DNA of 64,000 nt from Candidatus Dojkabacteria bacterium (GTDB lineage: Bacteria; Patescibacteriota; Dojkabacteria; J137), in contig JBDTVZ010000002.1 of the NCBI GenBank assembly GCA_040006935.1, positions 144,174-208,173 on the forward strand, given 5' to 3'. This document shows positions 39,984 through 48,908 of this stretch, piece after piece (the stretch's first letter is position 1; each line of letters begins with the position of its first letter). A program made the position numbers and the translations under genes. The notes beneath the pieces were generated by a model. That model ran no database searches and was not told the origin of the DNA. It was given only the letters and a program-made list of their open reading frames with translations.

Positions 39984-40000
39984 ATTTGATTTATTAGTAT

Positions 40001-40324
40001 TTATATTATTTCTCCTGATTTTTTTGATACTCTGATTTTTTTACCTGTTTTATCATCTACTTTGAAACCTACTCTTACTGGTTTATCTGTTTTTTTATCG
40101 ATTAACATTACATTTGAAATATCAATTGGTTTTTCAAATTCAATAATTCCACCTTGTATTCCAAATTGTGGATTAGGTTTTTGAGCTCTTTTAACAACGT
40201 TAATTCCTTTTATTATAATTCCCACCTTCGCTTCTTTTATAACTAGTTTATCTACCTCACCTCTCTTCCCAGCGTCCTTTCCTCTCATTATTTGTACTAA
40301 ATCTCCTTTTTTAATCTTATTCAT
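40001..40324 (-). CDS. rplX: 50S ribosomal protein L24.
   Basis: KOW motif IKKGDLVQIMRGKDAGKRG. Confidence 0.8.
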   Translation of the reverse strand: MNKIKKGDLVQIMRGKDAGKRGEVDKLVIKEAKVGIIIKGINVVKRAQKPNPQFGIQGGIIEFEKPIDISNVMLIDKKTDKPVRVGFKVDDKTGKKIRVSKKSGEII

Positions 40325-40341
40325 ATTATTTATTTAATCCT

Positions 40342-40725
40342 TTAAAGCACTTCTAATGCCATAGATACGATTTTATTAAATCCTTCGTCTTTTAACTCTC
40401 TTGCAATTGGTCCAAAAACTCTAGTTCCTTTTGGTTCCTTAGTTTCTTTGTTAATAATTGCTGCTGCATTATCGTCGAATTTGATATATGAACCATCATT
40501 TCTTCGAGCTTCCTTTTTACATCTAATTACAACTGCATGTACTACATCTCCTTTTTTATAGTTTGAATTTGGCATTGCTTTCTTTACAGATGCACTGACA
40601 ATATCTCCAACATATCCAAATTTAGAGAATGTTCTTCCTTTTTTCCCACCCAACACTTGAATTACCATGATTTCTCTGGCTCCTGAGTTGTCTGCTACTT
40701 TTAGTCTTGATAATTTTTGAATCAT
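40342..40725 (-). CDS. rplN: 50S ribosomal protein L14.
   Basis: [19 protein letters not shown] at the N-terminus and ALEVL at the C-terminus. Confidence 0.85.
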   Translation of the reverse strand: MIQKLSRLKVADNSGAREIMVIQVLGGKKGRTFSKFGYVGDIVSASVKKAMPNSNYKKGDVVHAVVIRCKKEARRNDGSYIKFDDNAAAIINKETKEPKGTRVFGPIARELKDEGFNKIVSMALEVL

Positions 40726-40729
40726 AAAT

Positions 40730-40984
40730 TTATTTAACTAACAACCAAGATTTTGTCTTGGAAATTGGTTTAGTTGGTACAATATTAACTTTTTGTCCTA
40801 ATTTAACTTCAGTATTATCTGGATTGTGTACAAGATAATTCTTGTGCTCCTTAATAATTTTCCCGTATTTTTTGTGAGGATATTTTCTCTCAACTCTAAC
40901 TTTAATAGTTTGATCTCCAGTTAACTTTACTACCTTTCCTTCTAAACCTTTGATTATTCTTTTTTTTACTTCAGTTTTTTTCAT
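40730..40984 (-). CDS. rpsQ: 30S ribosomal protein S17.
   Basis: [27 protein letters not shown] is present. Confidence 0.8.
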   Translation of the reverse strand: MKKTEVKKRIIKGLEGKVVKLTGDQTIKVRVERKYPHKKYGKIIKEHKNYLVHNPDNTEVKLGQKVNIVPTKPISKTKSWLLVK

Positions 40985-40985
40985 A

Positions 40986-41246
40986 TTATTTAGTTTGTGA
41001 TTCCTTAGTTTTTAATCTAGCTAATGCTAATTTTAATTTTTTTACTAAAGATGTATTCTTTTCTTTACCTGTTCTAATATCTAATAAAAGTTTTTGTAAT
41101 TCTATTTTTAATTCTGAAACAGTTTTGTTCTCAAAACTAACAACAGCTTTTTTAGTCTTTTTTACTACTTCTTTTACTTCTTCTTCTACTTTTGTTTTTT
41201 TCGTTTTTTTCTCTTCAGCCATTTTATTCAAAGTGATGTTTTGCAA
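40986..41246 (-). CDS. rpmC: 50S ribosomal protein L29, with a lysine-rich N-terminal extension.
   Basis: Its position between L16 and S17, and the helical core VSELKIELQKLLLDIR. Confidence 0.7.
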   Translation of the reverse strand: MQNITLNKMAEEKKTKKTKVEEEVKEVVKKTKKAVVSFENKTVSELKIELQKLLLDIRTGKEKNTSLVKKLKLALARLKTKESQTK

Positions 41247-41640
41247 TTATTCTAGATTTTAATGAAATTTTATCTTTTGCTCTTTGTAATGCCTCTTTAC
41301 ATGTAGCTTCATCCAAACCTCCAAGTTCAAAAAGAACTCTTCCCGGTTTAACTGCAGCTACAAAATGGTCAACTGGTCCTTTTCCTCCTCCTCTTACAAC
41401 TTCGTCACTTTTCTTAGTAACAGGTTTGTGCGGGAATATGGTTACCCATAATTTTCCTTTTCTTGCTGTATAGTTAGCGATTGCCTTTCTAGCAGATTCA
41501 ATTTCTCGTGCATGAATCCATCCCTTAACTGTTACTTGAAGACCATATTCTCCATAAGAAACTTCTGATCCTCGTAAAGCTAGACCTCTTAATCTTCCTC
41601 TAAATTCTTTTGTGTATTTTCTTTTCTTTGGTTGTAACAT
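41224..41640 (-). CDS. rplP: 50S ribosomal protein L16.
   Basis: MLQPKKRKYTKEFRGR is present, with GGGKGP. Confidence 0.85.
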   Translation of the reverse strand: MLQPKKRKYTKEFRGRLRGLALRGSEVSYGEYGLQVTVKGWIHAREIESARKAIANYTARKGKLWVTIFPHKPVTKKSDEVVRGGGKGPVDHFVAAVKPGRVLFELGGLDEATCKEALQRAKDKISLKSRIIAKHHFE

Positions 41641-41646
41641 TGTTTA

Positions 41647-42303
41647 TTAATCTATTGAATAAGTTGTCTTTTCTCCTTTATTAATCCAAACTTTTACTCC
41701 GTGCTTTCCAGCTCTTGGTACTTGCGCTTCTGCAAATGCATAATCGATATCTGCTCTAATTGTATGTCTTGGAACAAATCCCCATGATGCTTTTTCAACT
41801 CTTGCCATGTCAGCTCCTCTAATTCTTCCACCAATTCTTACTGAAATACCTTTTATCAACCCAGTAGCCTTGGCTGCATCAATAGCTTTTTGAATTGCCA
41901 TTTTTGGTGCGACCCTTCGTTCACATTGCATTGCAATGTTTTCTGCTACTAATTTTGCAATTGTATCAGGGTTTTTTACTTCGTAAGGTTTAATATCAAC
42001 TGGCTGTTTTAATAGTTTTGATAATTCATCTTTTAGTGTGTTAATTCCTGCTCCACTTCTTCCAATAACAACTCCTGGTCTCGCAACGTTAACCTCAATT
42101 AAAATTTTGTTAACAAATCTCTTTATAATTATAGATGCGACACCTGCAGATTTAAGCTTCTCACTAATAAGCTTTCTTGCTTTTCTATCTCCTAGTAATT
42201 TATCAGAGTAATCAACTTTAGTGGCATACCATCTTGATGGCCAATTTTTGTTGACTCCTATTCTGAATCCTATTGGATTTACTTTGTGTGTACCTCTTGC
42301 CAT
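41647..42303 (-). CDS. rpsC: 30S ribosomal protein S3.
   Basis: KH domain plus S3-C domain. GINTLKDEL and AKATGLIKGISVRIGGR are present. Confidence 0.85.
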   Translation of the reverse strand: MARGTHKVNPIGFRIGVNKNWPSRWYATKVDYSDKLLGDRKARKLISEKLKSAGVASIIIKRFVNKILIEVNVARPGVVIGRSGAGINTLKDELSKLLKQPVDIKPYEVKNPDTIAKLVAENIAMQCERRVAPKMAIQKAIDAAKATGLIKGISVRIGGRIRGADMARVEKASWGFVPRHTIRADIDYAFAEAQVPRAGKHGVKVWINKGEKTTYSID

Positions 42304-42355
42304 TAGATTAATTTATAATTTTATATTGATTATCTTAAAGCCTTGAATTATATCA

Positions 42356-42811
42356 CTATTCTTTAGATTTTTTAACTGTTTTAGCTGTCTTTTTCGTTAC
42401 TTTCTCTGCTTTTTCAACTTTGACTTCTGTTTTTTCTACTTTCTTTTCTTTTTTAATTTGTTTTACTTCATCAATAACTCCATCTGACACAACAACTGTT
42501 ATGTTAGACTTTCCTCTTAACCATCCATAATATCCTCCTCCTTTTGCTCTGGGGTGATAATGCTTTATTCTATTTCCACCTTTATCAATTCTTACTTCCG
42601 ATACAACTAAAGTCTCTAGTTTAGCTTGTTTTTGAATTGCATTTGCTGCTGCGCTTTTAACTGCTTTGTAAACATGTGCTGCAGTTCCCTTTTGCATGAA
42701 TTTTAATGTATTCAAGGCATCGTCAACTTTCATTCCTTTAATTATCATTGCTGGAACTCTAGTCTTCTTTGGTGATATTCCTACGTTTTTTATAATTGCT
42801 ATTGCTTGCAT
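42356..42811 (-). CDS. rplV: 50S ribosomal protein L22, with a lysine-rich C-terminal extension.
   Basis: The core PRAKGGGY..ITVVVSD is present. The tail is EKKVEKTEVKVEKAEKVTKKTAK. Confidence 0.8.
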   Translation of the reverse strand: MQAIAIIKNVGISPKKTRVPAMIIKGMKVDDALNTLKFMQKGTAAHVYKAVKSAAANAIQKQAKLETLVVSEVRIDKGGNRIKHYHPRAKGGGYYGWLRGKSNITVVVSDGVIDEVKQIKKEKKVEKTEVKVEKAEKVTKKTAKTVKKSKE

Positions 42812-42833
42812 GGTTTTATTAAAACTTTATTAA

Positions 42834-43136
42834 TTATTCTTTACCTCCAGTACTACCTGTAGTTTTTGCGATTTTTCCTTTCTTGCTATGCCCACTAAAT
42901 CTTCTTGTTGGAGAAAATTCACCTAGCTTATGACCAACCATAGACTCAGTTACGAATACCTTATTAAAAATTTTTCCATTATGAACATCAAAATTCATAC
43001 CAACCATTTCTGGAGATATTGTACTGCTTCGAGCCCAAGTTTTGATAGATTTGTTATCTTTCAATTGCTTAGATTTTGAAACTTTTAACATTAATTTTGT
43101 GTCTACGTATGGACCTTTTTTTAGACTTCTAGACAT
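42834..43136 (-). CDS. rpsS: 30S ribosomal protein S19.
   Basis: [12 protein letters not shown] is present, with [21 protein letters not shown]. Confidence 0.9.
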   Translation of the reverse strand: MSRSLKKGPYVDTKLMLKVSKSKQLKDNKSIKTWARSSTISPEMVGMNFDVHNGKIFNKVFVTESMVGHKLGEFSPTRRFSGHSKKGKIAKTTGSTGGKE

Positions 43137-43145
43137 ATTTCTGTA

Positions 43146-44009
43146 TTAAATAATTGATTTATTTTTCTTAAATGCGTTTGTTTCTGGCCTTCTTCTTACA
43201 ATATACTTATTATTTGGATGCCTTCCTCTTCTTGTTCTAGTTCCAACCAAGTTACCCCATGGATCTGATTTTGGTCCTCCTGTTCCGTGTCGTCCACCTT
43301 TTCCTTGTCCTCCAGCATGAGGATGCTTTGTTGACATTGCAACTCCTCTAACAGTTGGTCTTATTCCTTTAAGCCTCTTTCTTCCTGCTTTCCCAATTTT
43401 AATATTCTTTTGATCAGGGTTACTTACTTTTCCAATTGTTGCATAACATGTTTCTTTTACTAATCTTAATTCTGCACTTGGCATTTTCAATTGAACATAT
43501 CCTTTATCTCCTCCCATCACTTGAATTGCAGTTCCAGCAGATCTGGCTATTTGAGCTCCCTTGCCTGGCCATAATTCTACAGCATGTACATAAGTACCTT
43601 GTGGAATATTTTTTAAAGGCAATGCATTTCCTACAGTTATTGGTGCATCTGCTCCGCTAACTACCTTTGCTCCAACTTTTAGAGTGTCTGGGGCCAAAAT
43701 ATACCTTCTATCACCATCTACATATTTTACTAAAGCAATAAATGCTGTTCTATTCGGATCGTATTCAAGAGTTTCTACTACTCCCTTTATTCCCTGTTTC
43801 TCTCTTTTAAAATCAATTACTCTGTAGAGATTCTTTACTCCAGCGCCTCTATGTCTGACAGTAACTCTGCCAAGATTATTTCTACCTGCATGTGTCTTTA
43901 TAGAAATTGTTAATCTCTTATGAGGTTTAGCGTCAGAAAGCTCTCTTCTATCTATCAATACAGCATGCCTTGTTCCTGGACTTGTTGGGTTTAATTTCTT
44001 TAATGCCAT
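43146..44009 (-). CDS. rplB: 50S ribosomal protein L2.
   Basis: GRNNLGRVTVRHRGAG is present, with GGQGKGGRHG. Confidence 0.9.
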   Translation of the reverse strand: MALKKLNPTSPGTRHAVLIDRRELSDAKPHKRLTISIKTHAGRNNLGRVTVRHRGAGVKNLYRVIDFKREKQGIKGVVETLEYDPNRTAFIALVKYVDGDRRYILAPDTLKVGAKVVSGADAPITVGNALPLKNIPQGTYVHAVELWPGKGAQIARSAGTAIQVMGGDKGYVQLKMPSAELRLVKETCYATIGKVSNPDQKNIKIGKAGRKRLKGIRPTVRGVAMSTKHPHAGGQGKGGRHGTGGPKSDPWGNLVGTRTRRGRHPNNKYIVRRRPETNAFKKNKSII

Positions 44010-44082
44010 AATTTAATTATCAGTTTTTAGTTATTAGTTTTAGGTTGAATGAATTTAAATTTATTATTTTGTTCTTCTTCTT

Positions 44083-44114
44083 TTAACCTGCCTGCCTGTA
44101 GGCATGGTTATTAA
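44083..44114. repeat. TTAA-flanked GC-rich palindromic element (ttaaCCTGCCTGCCTGTAGGCATGGttattaa) between rplW and rplB.
   Basis: Seen directly. It is in the same family as 11278..11319 and 50307..50334. Confidence 0.45.
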
Positions 44115-44120
44115 TTTATT

Positions 44121-44411
44121 TTATTTACTAGCTTCTTCAAAAATATCGATTTTATTTGTGTCTGCTAATTTAAATACCATAATTTTCTTATCTTCATTTT
44201 TGATCAATTGTCTGTTTAATCTATTCATTTTATATTTACCCATTCTGCTATTTACTGTAACTCCTACAACTTTTACGTCGTATGAAGTTTCCAACGCTTT
44301 TGCCGCTTTTAGTTTATCTGCTTTTACATCAACTAGAAAAGTTACTTTTCCTTCAGTCTTATATTTTGATATAGATTTTTCTGTTAAAACAGGCATTCTT
44401 ATAATATTCAT
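44121..44411 (-). CDS. rplW: 50S ribosomal protein L23.
   Basis: PVLTEKS is present, and the gene order fits. Confidence 0.8.
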   Translation of the reverse strand: MNIIRMPVLTEKSISKYKTEGKVTFLVDVKADKLKAAKALETSYDVKVVGVTVNSRMGKYKMNRLNRQLIKNEDKKIMVFKLADTNKIDIFEEASK

Positions 44412-44412
44412 A

Positions 44413-45045
44413 TTACTTTTTTGATCTCAATTTAATAAATTCTAATGCTGACTCTTCAATTAAGACATCTCCTCCGTTTAATAAATCATATACGTTTACA
44501 TCACTTACTAATTTAACAGAGTGCTTATTAATATTTGAAAATGCATTTATTAATTCTGGTCTCATTTCTGATGTTATTACAGTCATTTTCTTAGGATTTC
44601 CAAAACTTGTAGAGATATCTAAAGCTTGCTTTGTTAAAGGTTTCGAATCTTCCACTACCAACATATCAATTAATTTCAATTTGTCGCCAGCTAATAATTT
44701 CGATAATGCTGATCTCAATGCAACTGCTCTGAATTGTTTTGTTGTTTTTTTAGTCCAGTTCACATTACTCTTTGGTCCATGTGCTCTACCTCCTCCTTTC
44801 CAAATCGGTGATCTAATAGAACCTGCTCTTGCTCTTCCAGTACCTTTTTGTTTAAAAGGTTTTTTACCTCCACCGCTTACTTGTGCTTTAGTTTTTGTAT
44901 TTGCGTTTCCTTCTCTTTGATTACTTAGATATGTATATACGTACTGTGAAAGAACTTGGTTGTTTACTTCAGTTCCAAAGATTTCGTCAGAAACTTCAAC
45001 TTCTTTTACTTTTTTAGCTTTTTGATTGTAAATTGGTAATAACAT
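44413..45045 (-). CDS. rplD: 50S ribosomal protein L4.
   Basis: KQKGTGRARAGSIRSPIWKGGGRAHGP is present. Confidence 0.85.
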   Translation of the reverse strand: MLLPIYNQKAKKVKEVEVSDEIFGTEVNNQVLSQYVYTYLSNQREGNANTKTKAQVSGGGKKPFKQKGTGRARAGSIRSPIWKGGGRAHGPKSNVNWTKKTTKQFRAVALRSALSKLLAGDKLKLIDMLVVEDSKPLTKQALDISTSFGNPKKMTVITSEMRPELINAFSNINKHSVKLVSDVNVYDLLNGGDVLIEESALEFIKLRSKK

Positions 45046-45050
45046 GTTCT

Positions 45051-45674
45051 TTATTTTGTTTTAAGTACTAAATAACTTCCTTTGCTTCCTGGTATTGCTC
45101 CAGAAACGGCTATTAATTTATTTTCTACATCGATCATTGCGATTTTTAAATTCTTTATTGTTTTTGCTCGATTTCCCATATGTCCGCCCATTTTCTTTCC
45201 CTTAAAAACTCTTCCGGGAATAGTTCTTGTTCCTAAAGATCCTGGTGCTCTTTCTCTGTCTGATGCTCCGTGTGTTCTAGGTAAGCCATGGAATCCCCAT
45301 CTTTTTACAACTCCTTGAAATCCTTTTCCCTTATCAGTTCCCGAAATATCAATTTTTTCGCCTTCTTTAAATACACTTAAATCGATTTCTGCTCCTTCCT
45401 CTAGAGATTCTAAATTTTGAGATGAGATTGATTTAACTGTAAAAACGCTTTTAAAAGTAGGTACATAACCTAATGCTTTGTAATTTCCAACTTCAGACTT
45501 ATCTCCTGATTTCTTCTTATCTTTTCCAATCTCAATATGAGAAACTTGATCTCCTTTTTTTAACTTTTTGGATATAACATTATTAGAAACATCTATAACT
45601 GTTGCTGGAATAGATAATCCTTTTTCTGTGAAGATCTGAGTCATTCCAATTTTTTTTCCTATTAACACTTTCAT
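45051..45674 (-). CDS. rplC: 50S ribosomal protein L3.
   Basis: GKKIGMTQIF is present, with GKGFQGVVKRWGF. Confidence 0.85.
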   Translation of the reverse strand: MKVLIGKKIGMTQIFTEKGLSIPATVIDVSNNVISKKLKKGDQVSHIEIGKDKKKSGDKSEVGNYKALGYVPTFKSVFTVKSISSQNLESLEEGAEIDLSVFKEGEKIDISGTDKGKGFQGVVKRWGFHGLPRTHGASDRERAPGSLGTRTIPGRVFKGKKMGGHMGNRAKTIKNLKIAMIDVENKLIAVSGAIPGSKGSYLVLKTK

Positions 45675-45679
45675 ATTAT

Positions 45680-45982
45680 TTAGTTTTTAATTTGAACATC
45701 AACACCTGCAGGAAGCTGCATGTGTGTTAAAGCTTCAATAGTTTTTGGATTAAAATCGACTACATCTAGTAATCTCAAGTGTTCGAAAAGTCTGAAATGC
45801 TCCTTGTGCTTTGCATCAATATGCGGACCTTTATGTACTGCTACAGACCATTTTCTGGTTGGCAATGGGATTGGTCCTCTTATTTTCGCACCAGTATCAA
45901 TAACTGCTTTGCAAACATCTGAGGTTGCTTTATCTACAACTCTGAAGTCAAATCCTTTTATTTTTACTCTGATTTTTTGCAT
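45680..45982 (-). CDS. rpsJ: 30S ribosomal protein S10.
   Basis: QKIRVKIKGFDFRV...IRGPIPLPTRK...HLRLLDV is present. Confidence 0.9.
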   Translation of the reverse strand: MQKIRVKIKGFDFRVVDKATSDVCKAVIDTGAKIRGPIPLPTRKWSVAVHKGPHIDAKHKEHFRLFEHLRLLDVVDFNPKTIEALTHMQLPAGVDVQIKN

Positions 45983-46032
45983 ACTAATTTTTAAGTAACT
46001 TTATCTTTAATAATGATAATAAAGAGTCCTAA

Positions 46033-46063
46033 GTGTTTGTCCTTAGGACTCTTTGTAAAATCA
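46033..46063 (-). terminator. Stem-loop immediately 3' of tuf (stem AGAGTCCTAAG/CTTAGGACTCT, 11 bp). The downstream T-tract is imperfect. It is probably a tuf terminator or attenuator before the S10-operon promoter.
   Basis: Seen directly at 46033..46063. The minus-strand downstream sequence is TTATTATCATTATT. Confidence 0.45.
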
Positions 46064-46066
46064 ACC

Positions 46067-47260
46067 TTATGCAACGATTTCGATAACAACTCCCGCTCCT
46101 ACTGTTCTACCACCTTCTCTAATTGCGAAAGTGACTCCCTTTTCGAGGGCAACCTTAGTTACAAGCTTTACCTCTACAGTTACATTATCAGCTGGCATAA
46201 CTAGTTGAGTTCCTTCTGGAAGGATTACCTCTCCTGTTACATCTGCAGTTTTAATGTAGAACTGTGGTCTATAACCAGTTCCAAATCCAGTGTGTCGTCC
46301 ACCCTCATCCTTAGATAAGATGTAGATTTCTGCTTTGAAATGAGTGTGTGGTTTAATAGAACCTTTAGCTGCTAATACTTGACCTCTTTCAATATCTTCT
46401 CTCTTAATACCTCTGATTAATAATCCAACATTGTCTCCAGCTTGTCCTTGAGTAAGTTGTTTTTTAAACATTTCTACTCCAGTAATAGTAACTTCTTTTG
46501 AGTTATCCATTAAACCGATTTGTTCAACAATATCGTTTACTTTTACAACTCCTCTTTCAATTCTTCCTGTTGCAACTGTTCCTCTTCCTTCAATTGAGAA
46601 TACATCTTCAACTGGCATTAAGAATGGTTTATCTATTTCTCTTTGTGGCATTGGAATTGTTTCGTCCATTGCCTTTAGTAAAGCAGCCATTGTCTCGTCG
46701 CCATCTTTTTCTCCTGTTGTACCGTATAAAGCAGATCCAACTACGAATGGAACTTTGTCTGCATCGTATTTGTATTTCTTTAATAAGTCCTTAATTTCTT
46801 CTTTGATTAATTCTAATAAGTCAGAGTCCATATCGTCATCAAATCTATTGATGAAAACAACAATATGTTGAACTCCAACTTGGTGAGCTAGCAATAAATG
46901 CTCTTTAGTTTGAGGCATTGGACCGTCTGCAGCAGAAACTACTAAGATAGCTCCATCCATTTGAGCTGCTCCAGTAATCATATTCTTTATATAGTCCTTA
47001 TGTCCTGGACAGTCGATGTGAGCATAATGTCTTAATTCTGATTCATATTCAACGTGTGAAGATGCAACTGTTACAATCTTGTTTGATCCAGCTCTTGCGA
47101 TTCCACCCTTAGCAATATCTGCGTAACTCTTTCCAGAGTTTTGCCATCCTTTTCTTTGTGAATATGCAACTAAAGCTGCTGTTAATGTAGTTTTACCGTG
47201 GTCAATATGTCCTAGAGTACCAACATTTACATGTGGTTTTGTTCTTTGAAACTCAGCCAT
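46067..47260 (-). CDS. tuf: Elongation factor Tu.
   Basis: [21 protein letters not shown] and NKFD-like NRFD are present over the full 397 aa. Confidence 0.95.
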   Translation of the reverse strand: MAEFQRTKPHVNVGTLGHIDHGKTTLTAALVAYSQRKGWQNSGKSYADIAKGGIARAGSNKIVTVASSHVEYESELRHYAHIDCPGHKDYIKNMITGAAQMDGAILVVSAADGPMPQTKEHLLLAHQVGVQHIVVFINRFDDDMDSDLLELIKEEIKDLLKKYKYDADKVPFVVGSALYGTTGEKDGDETMAALLKAMDETIPMPQREIDKPFLMPVEDVFSIEGRGTVATGRIERGVVKVNDIVEQIGLMDNSKEVTITGVEMFKKQLTQGQAGDNVGLLIRGIKREDIERGQVLAAKGSIKPHTHFKAEIYILSKDEGGRHTGFGTGYRPQFYIKTADVTGEVILPEGTQLVMPADNVTVEVKLVTKVALEKGVTFAIREGGRTVGAGVVIEIVA

Positions 47261-47336
47261 ATCTATTATGTAATATATAAAATTAGTATTTCTTTTAGAC
47301 TAAAATCCGATTATAAATTATAACGACACATATTGC

Positions 47337-47367
47337 AAACAAATTCTTAACGAATTTGTTTTTTTGC
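47337..47367 (+). terminator. Orphan intrinsic-terminator-like hairpin on the plus strand (ACAAATTC-ttaac-GAATTTGT followed by TTTTTTT) in the long tuf upstream region.
   Basis: Seen directly. It could mark the end of a small plus-strand transcript or block antisense read-through into tuf. Confidence 0.4.
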
Positions 47368-47600
47368 AAATCGCTAGTAATAATAGCATTTCCAAATAAG
47401 AATTGCACTAAATTTACTCGAGAAAATGTAATAAATTTGTAGAAAATTTTAACTAATATCAAATAACAAATTTACAATACTCAATTTTCAAACAGAGATC
47501 AGTTTATTTAGGACTTTAGATTCGTTTGGTTATCGGATATTTAAAATTTATTTGTCATTTGGAATTTGATATTTTACGACTGCAAAACCAAGGAGAAATG

Positions 47601-47692
47601 TAACCTGCCTGTAGATAACTGCCATGAGAGTAAATGGGGTGGTAAAGCCAATAGAAATCTATTCTTCATAAGTTCACTGAGATTTCTAACTG
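47601..47692. repeat. Copy 2 of the roughly 90-nt intergenic repeat family (gtaacctgcctgtagataactgccatgagagtaaatggggtggtaaagccaatagaaat…gagatttctaa).
   Basis: Alignable to 19141..19232. Confidence 0.55.
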
Positions 47693-47733
47693 TATAGTCT
47701 TGAAGGAAACTTAAACCAGAACTCCTTAAGATA

Positions 47734-47801
47734 CCTCACCCGTCTCTCATTTCATTCGAGCCACCCTCTCCATCAAAGATGGAGAGGGACTGGGGGTGAG
47801 G
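47734..47801. repeat. Nested GC-rich hairpin element (CCTCACCC…CCCTCTCCatcaaagatGGAGAGGG…GGGTGAGG) directly 3' of the M15 peptidase gene. It is related to the element at 60339..60371.
   Basis: Seen directly. The inner 8-bp stem and the outer CCTCACCC/GGGTGAGG arms are shared. Confidence 0.55.
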
Positions 47802-47803
47802 CG

Positions 47804-48862
47804 TTATTTTTCTAGAAATTCTTTTAATGTAAGGCCACTATCTTTCCACTTTTTTGCTGCTTCTATTCCTATATATCTGTAATGCCATGCTTCGTGGGAA
47901 TATCCAGTAATTGCATCTTTACCATCAGGATAAGATTGTACAAAACCGTACTTATAAGAGTTATTTATTAGCCATTGACCAGCGATCGTTGTATCGAATT
48001 CATTTACAAAATCGTAACCACTATCTCCACTCATAAAATCTATGGCTGTTCCTAACTGATGTTCGGAGAATCCGGGGCGAGCGGAAACTTTATCGGCTTC
48101 TTCTTGACCTAGTTGCCTGACCCATGATGCATATTGTTGGAATTGGTTATTGTAAGATCTATAGGCTGAAGCAATTGTTAACGGTTTCCCCGTTTCAGCC
48201 ATTAATCTTTGGATCATAAGTGATAGACCTTCTGCGGCTTCTTTTCTAAGCATTAAGTCTTGTGTTTGAACTAAAAGGTTTTTATCGTCAAATAATTTGA
48301 CTAGATCTGTGGGTTCGTAATCACTAACCAATTTATGACCTTTGTTGACTTGAACTAAGAAATTATCACCGTCAACTGTGTAAACACTGTTTTCCCAATC
48401 ACTAATATCTCGAAGTCCTAATGGGAGGTCAAATTCTGTTCTAATAATTGCGACTGTTAGACTTTTTGTACTTCCACTGGAAGTTTTAAATGTAACTGGA
48501 ACCGTTGATGTTCCAATACCTAGGTTTAAGATTTCCAGTGCATAATATTTAGTTCCTTCGTTATCTTTTACAAAAGTTAGTTTGAATTTATCGCTATTAT
48601 CTGTAGATATATCTTGATTAGAAATTATGGTTAAAGAAATTCTTGGCTGGAATGTTTCGTGCTTACCTGACTTGATTTCTACTTCTAAAGGAAATTGATT
48701 TGAAGTATCTACAGGGCTACTGACAGGTTTGATAAATGTTGTGATTGTTGATCTAATTTCTGAAAGTAAATCGATTTTGAAAACCAAGCTGGCCGCAAGC
48801 ACTAGAATTACTGATATAACTATTATTAATATAATTGTAATTATTGGTTTTGGTATTTTCAT
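47804..48862 (-). CDS. Membrane-anchored peptidase M15 family (VanY-like D-Ala-D-Ala carboxypeptidase) protein.
   Basis: There is an N-terminal TM. The C-terminal SAYRSYNNQ…SEHQLGTAIDF matches VanY/M15B zinc-binding motifs (SxHxxGxAxD). Confidence 0.7.
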   Translation of the reverse strand: MKIPKPIITIILIIVISVILVLAASLVFKIDLLSEIRSTITTFIKPVSSPVDTSNQFPLEVEIKSGKHETFQPRISLTIISNQDISTDNSDKFKLTFVKDNEGTKYYALEILNLGIGTSTVPVTFKTSSGSTKSLTVAIIRTEFDLPLGLRDISDWENSVYTVDGDNFLVQVNKGHKLVSDYEPTDLVKLFDDKNLLVQTQDLMLRKEAAEGLSLMIQRLMAETGKPLTIASAYRSYNNQFQQYASWVRQLGQEEADKVSARPGFSEHQLGTAIDFMSGDSGYDFVNEFDTTIAGQWLINNSYKYGFVQSYPDGKDAITGYSHEAWHYRYIGIEAAKKWKDSGLTLKEFLEK

Positions 48863-48908
48863 ATTTTAAATTATAATCCAATATATATAGTTAAGCCAGC
48901 TGAGTTTT

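Noticed and set aside
36598-47260. Small ORFs overlapping ribosomal protein genes and tuf (36598..36822, 36871..37062, 37400..37690, 39004..39189, 39841..40035, 43436..43660, 44104..44424, 44681..44920, 45082..45318, 45720..45998, 46013..46204, 46498..46794).
   Set aside because: They are antisense or alternative-frame reads of well-supported r-protein or EF-Tu genes, with low-complexity translations.
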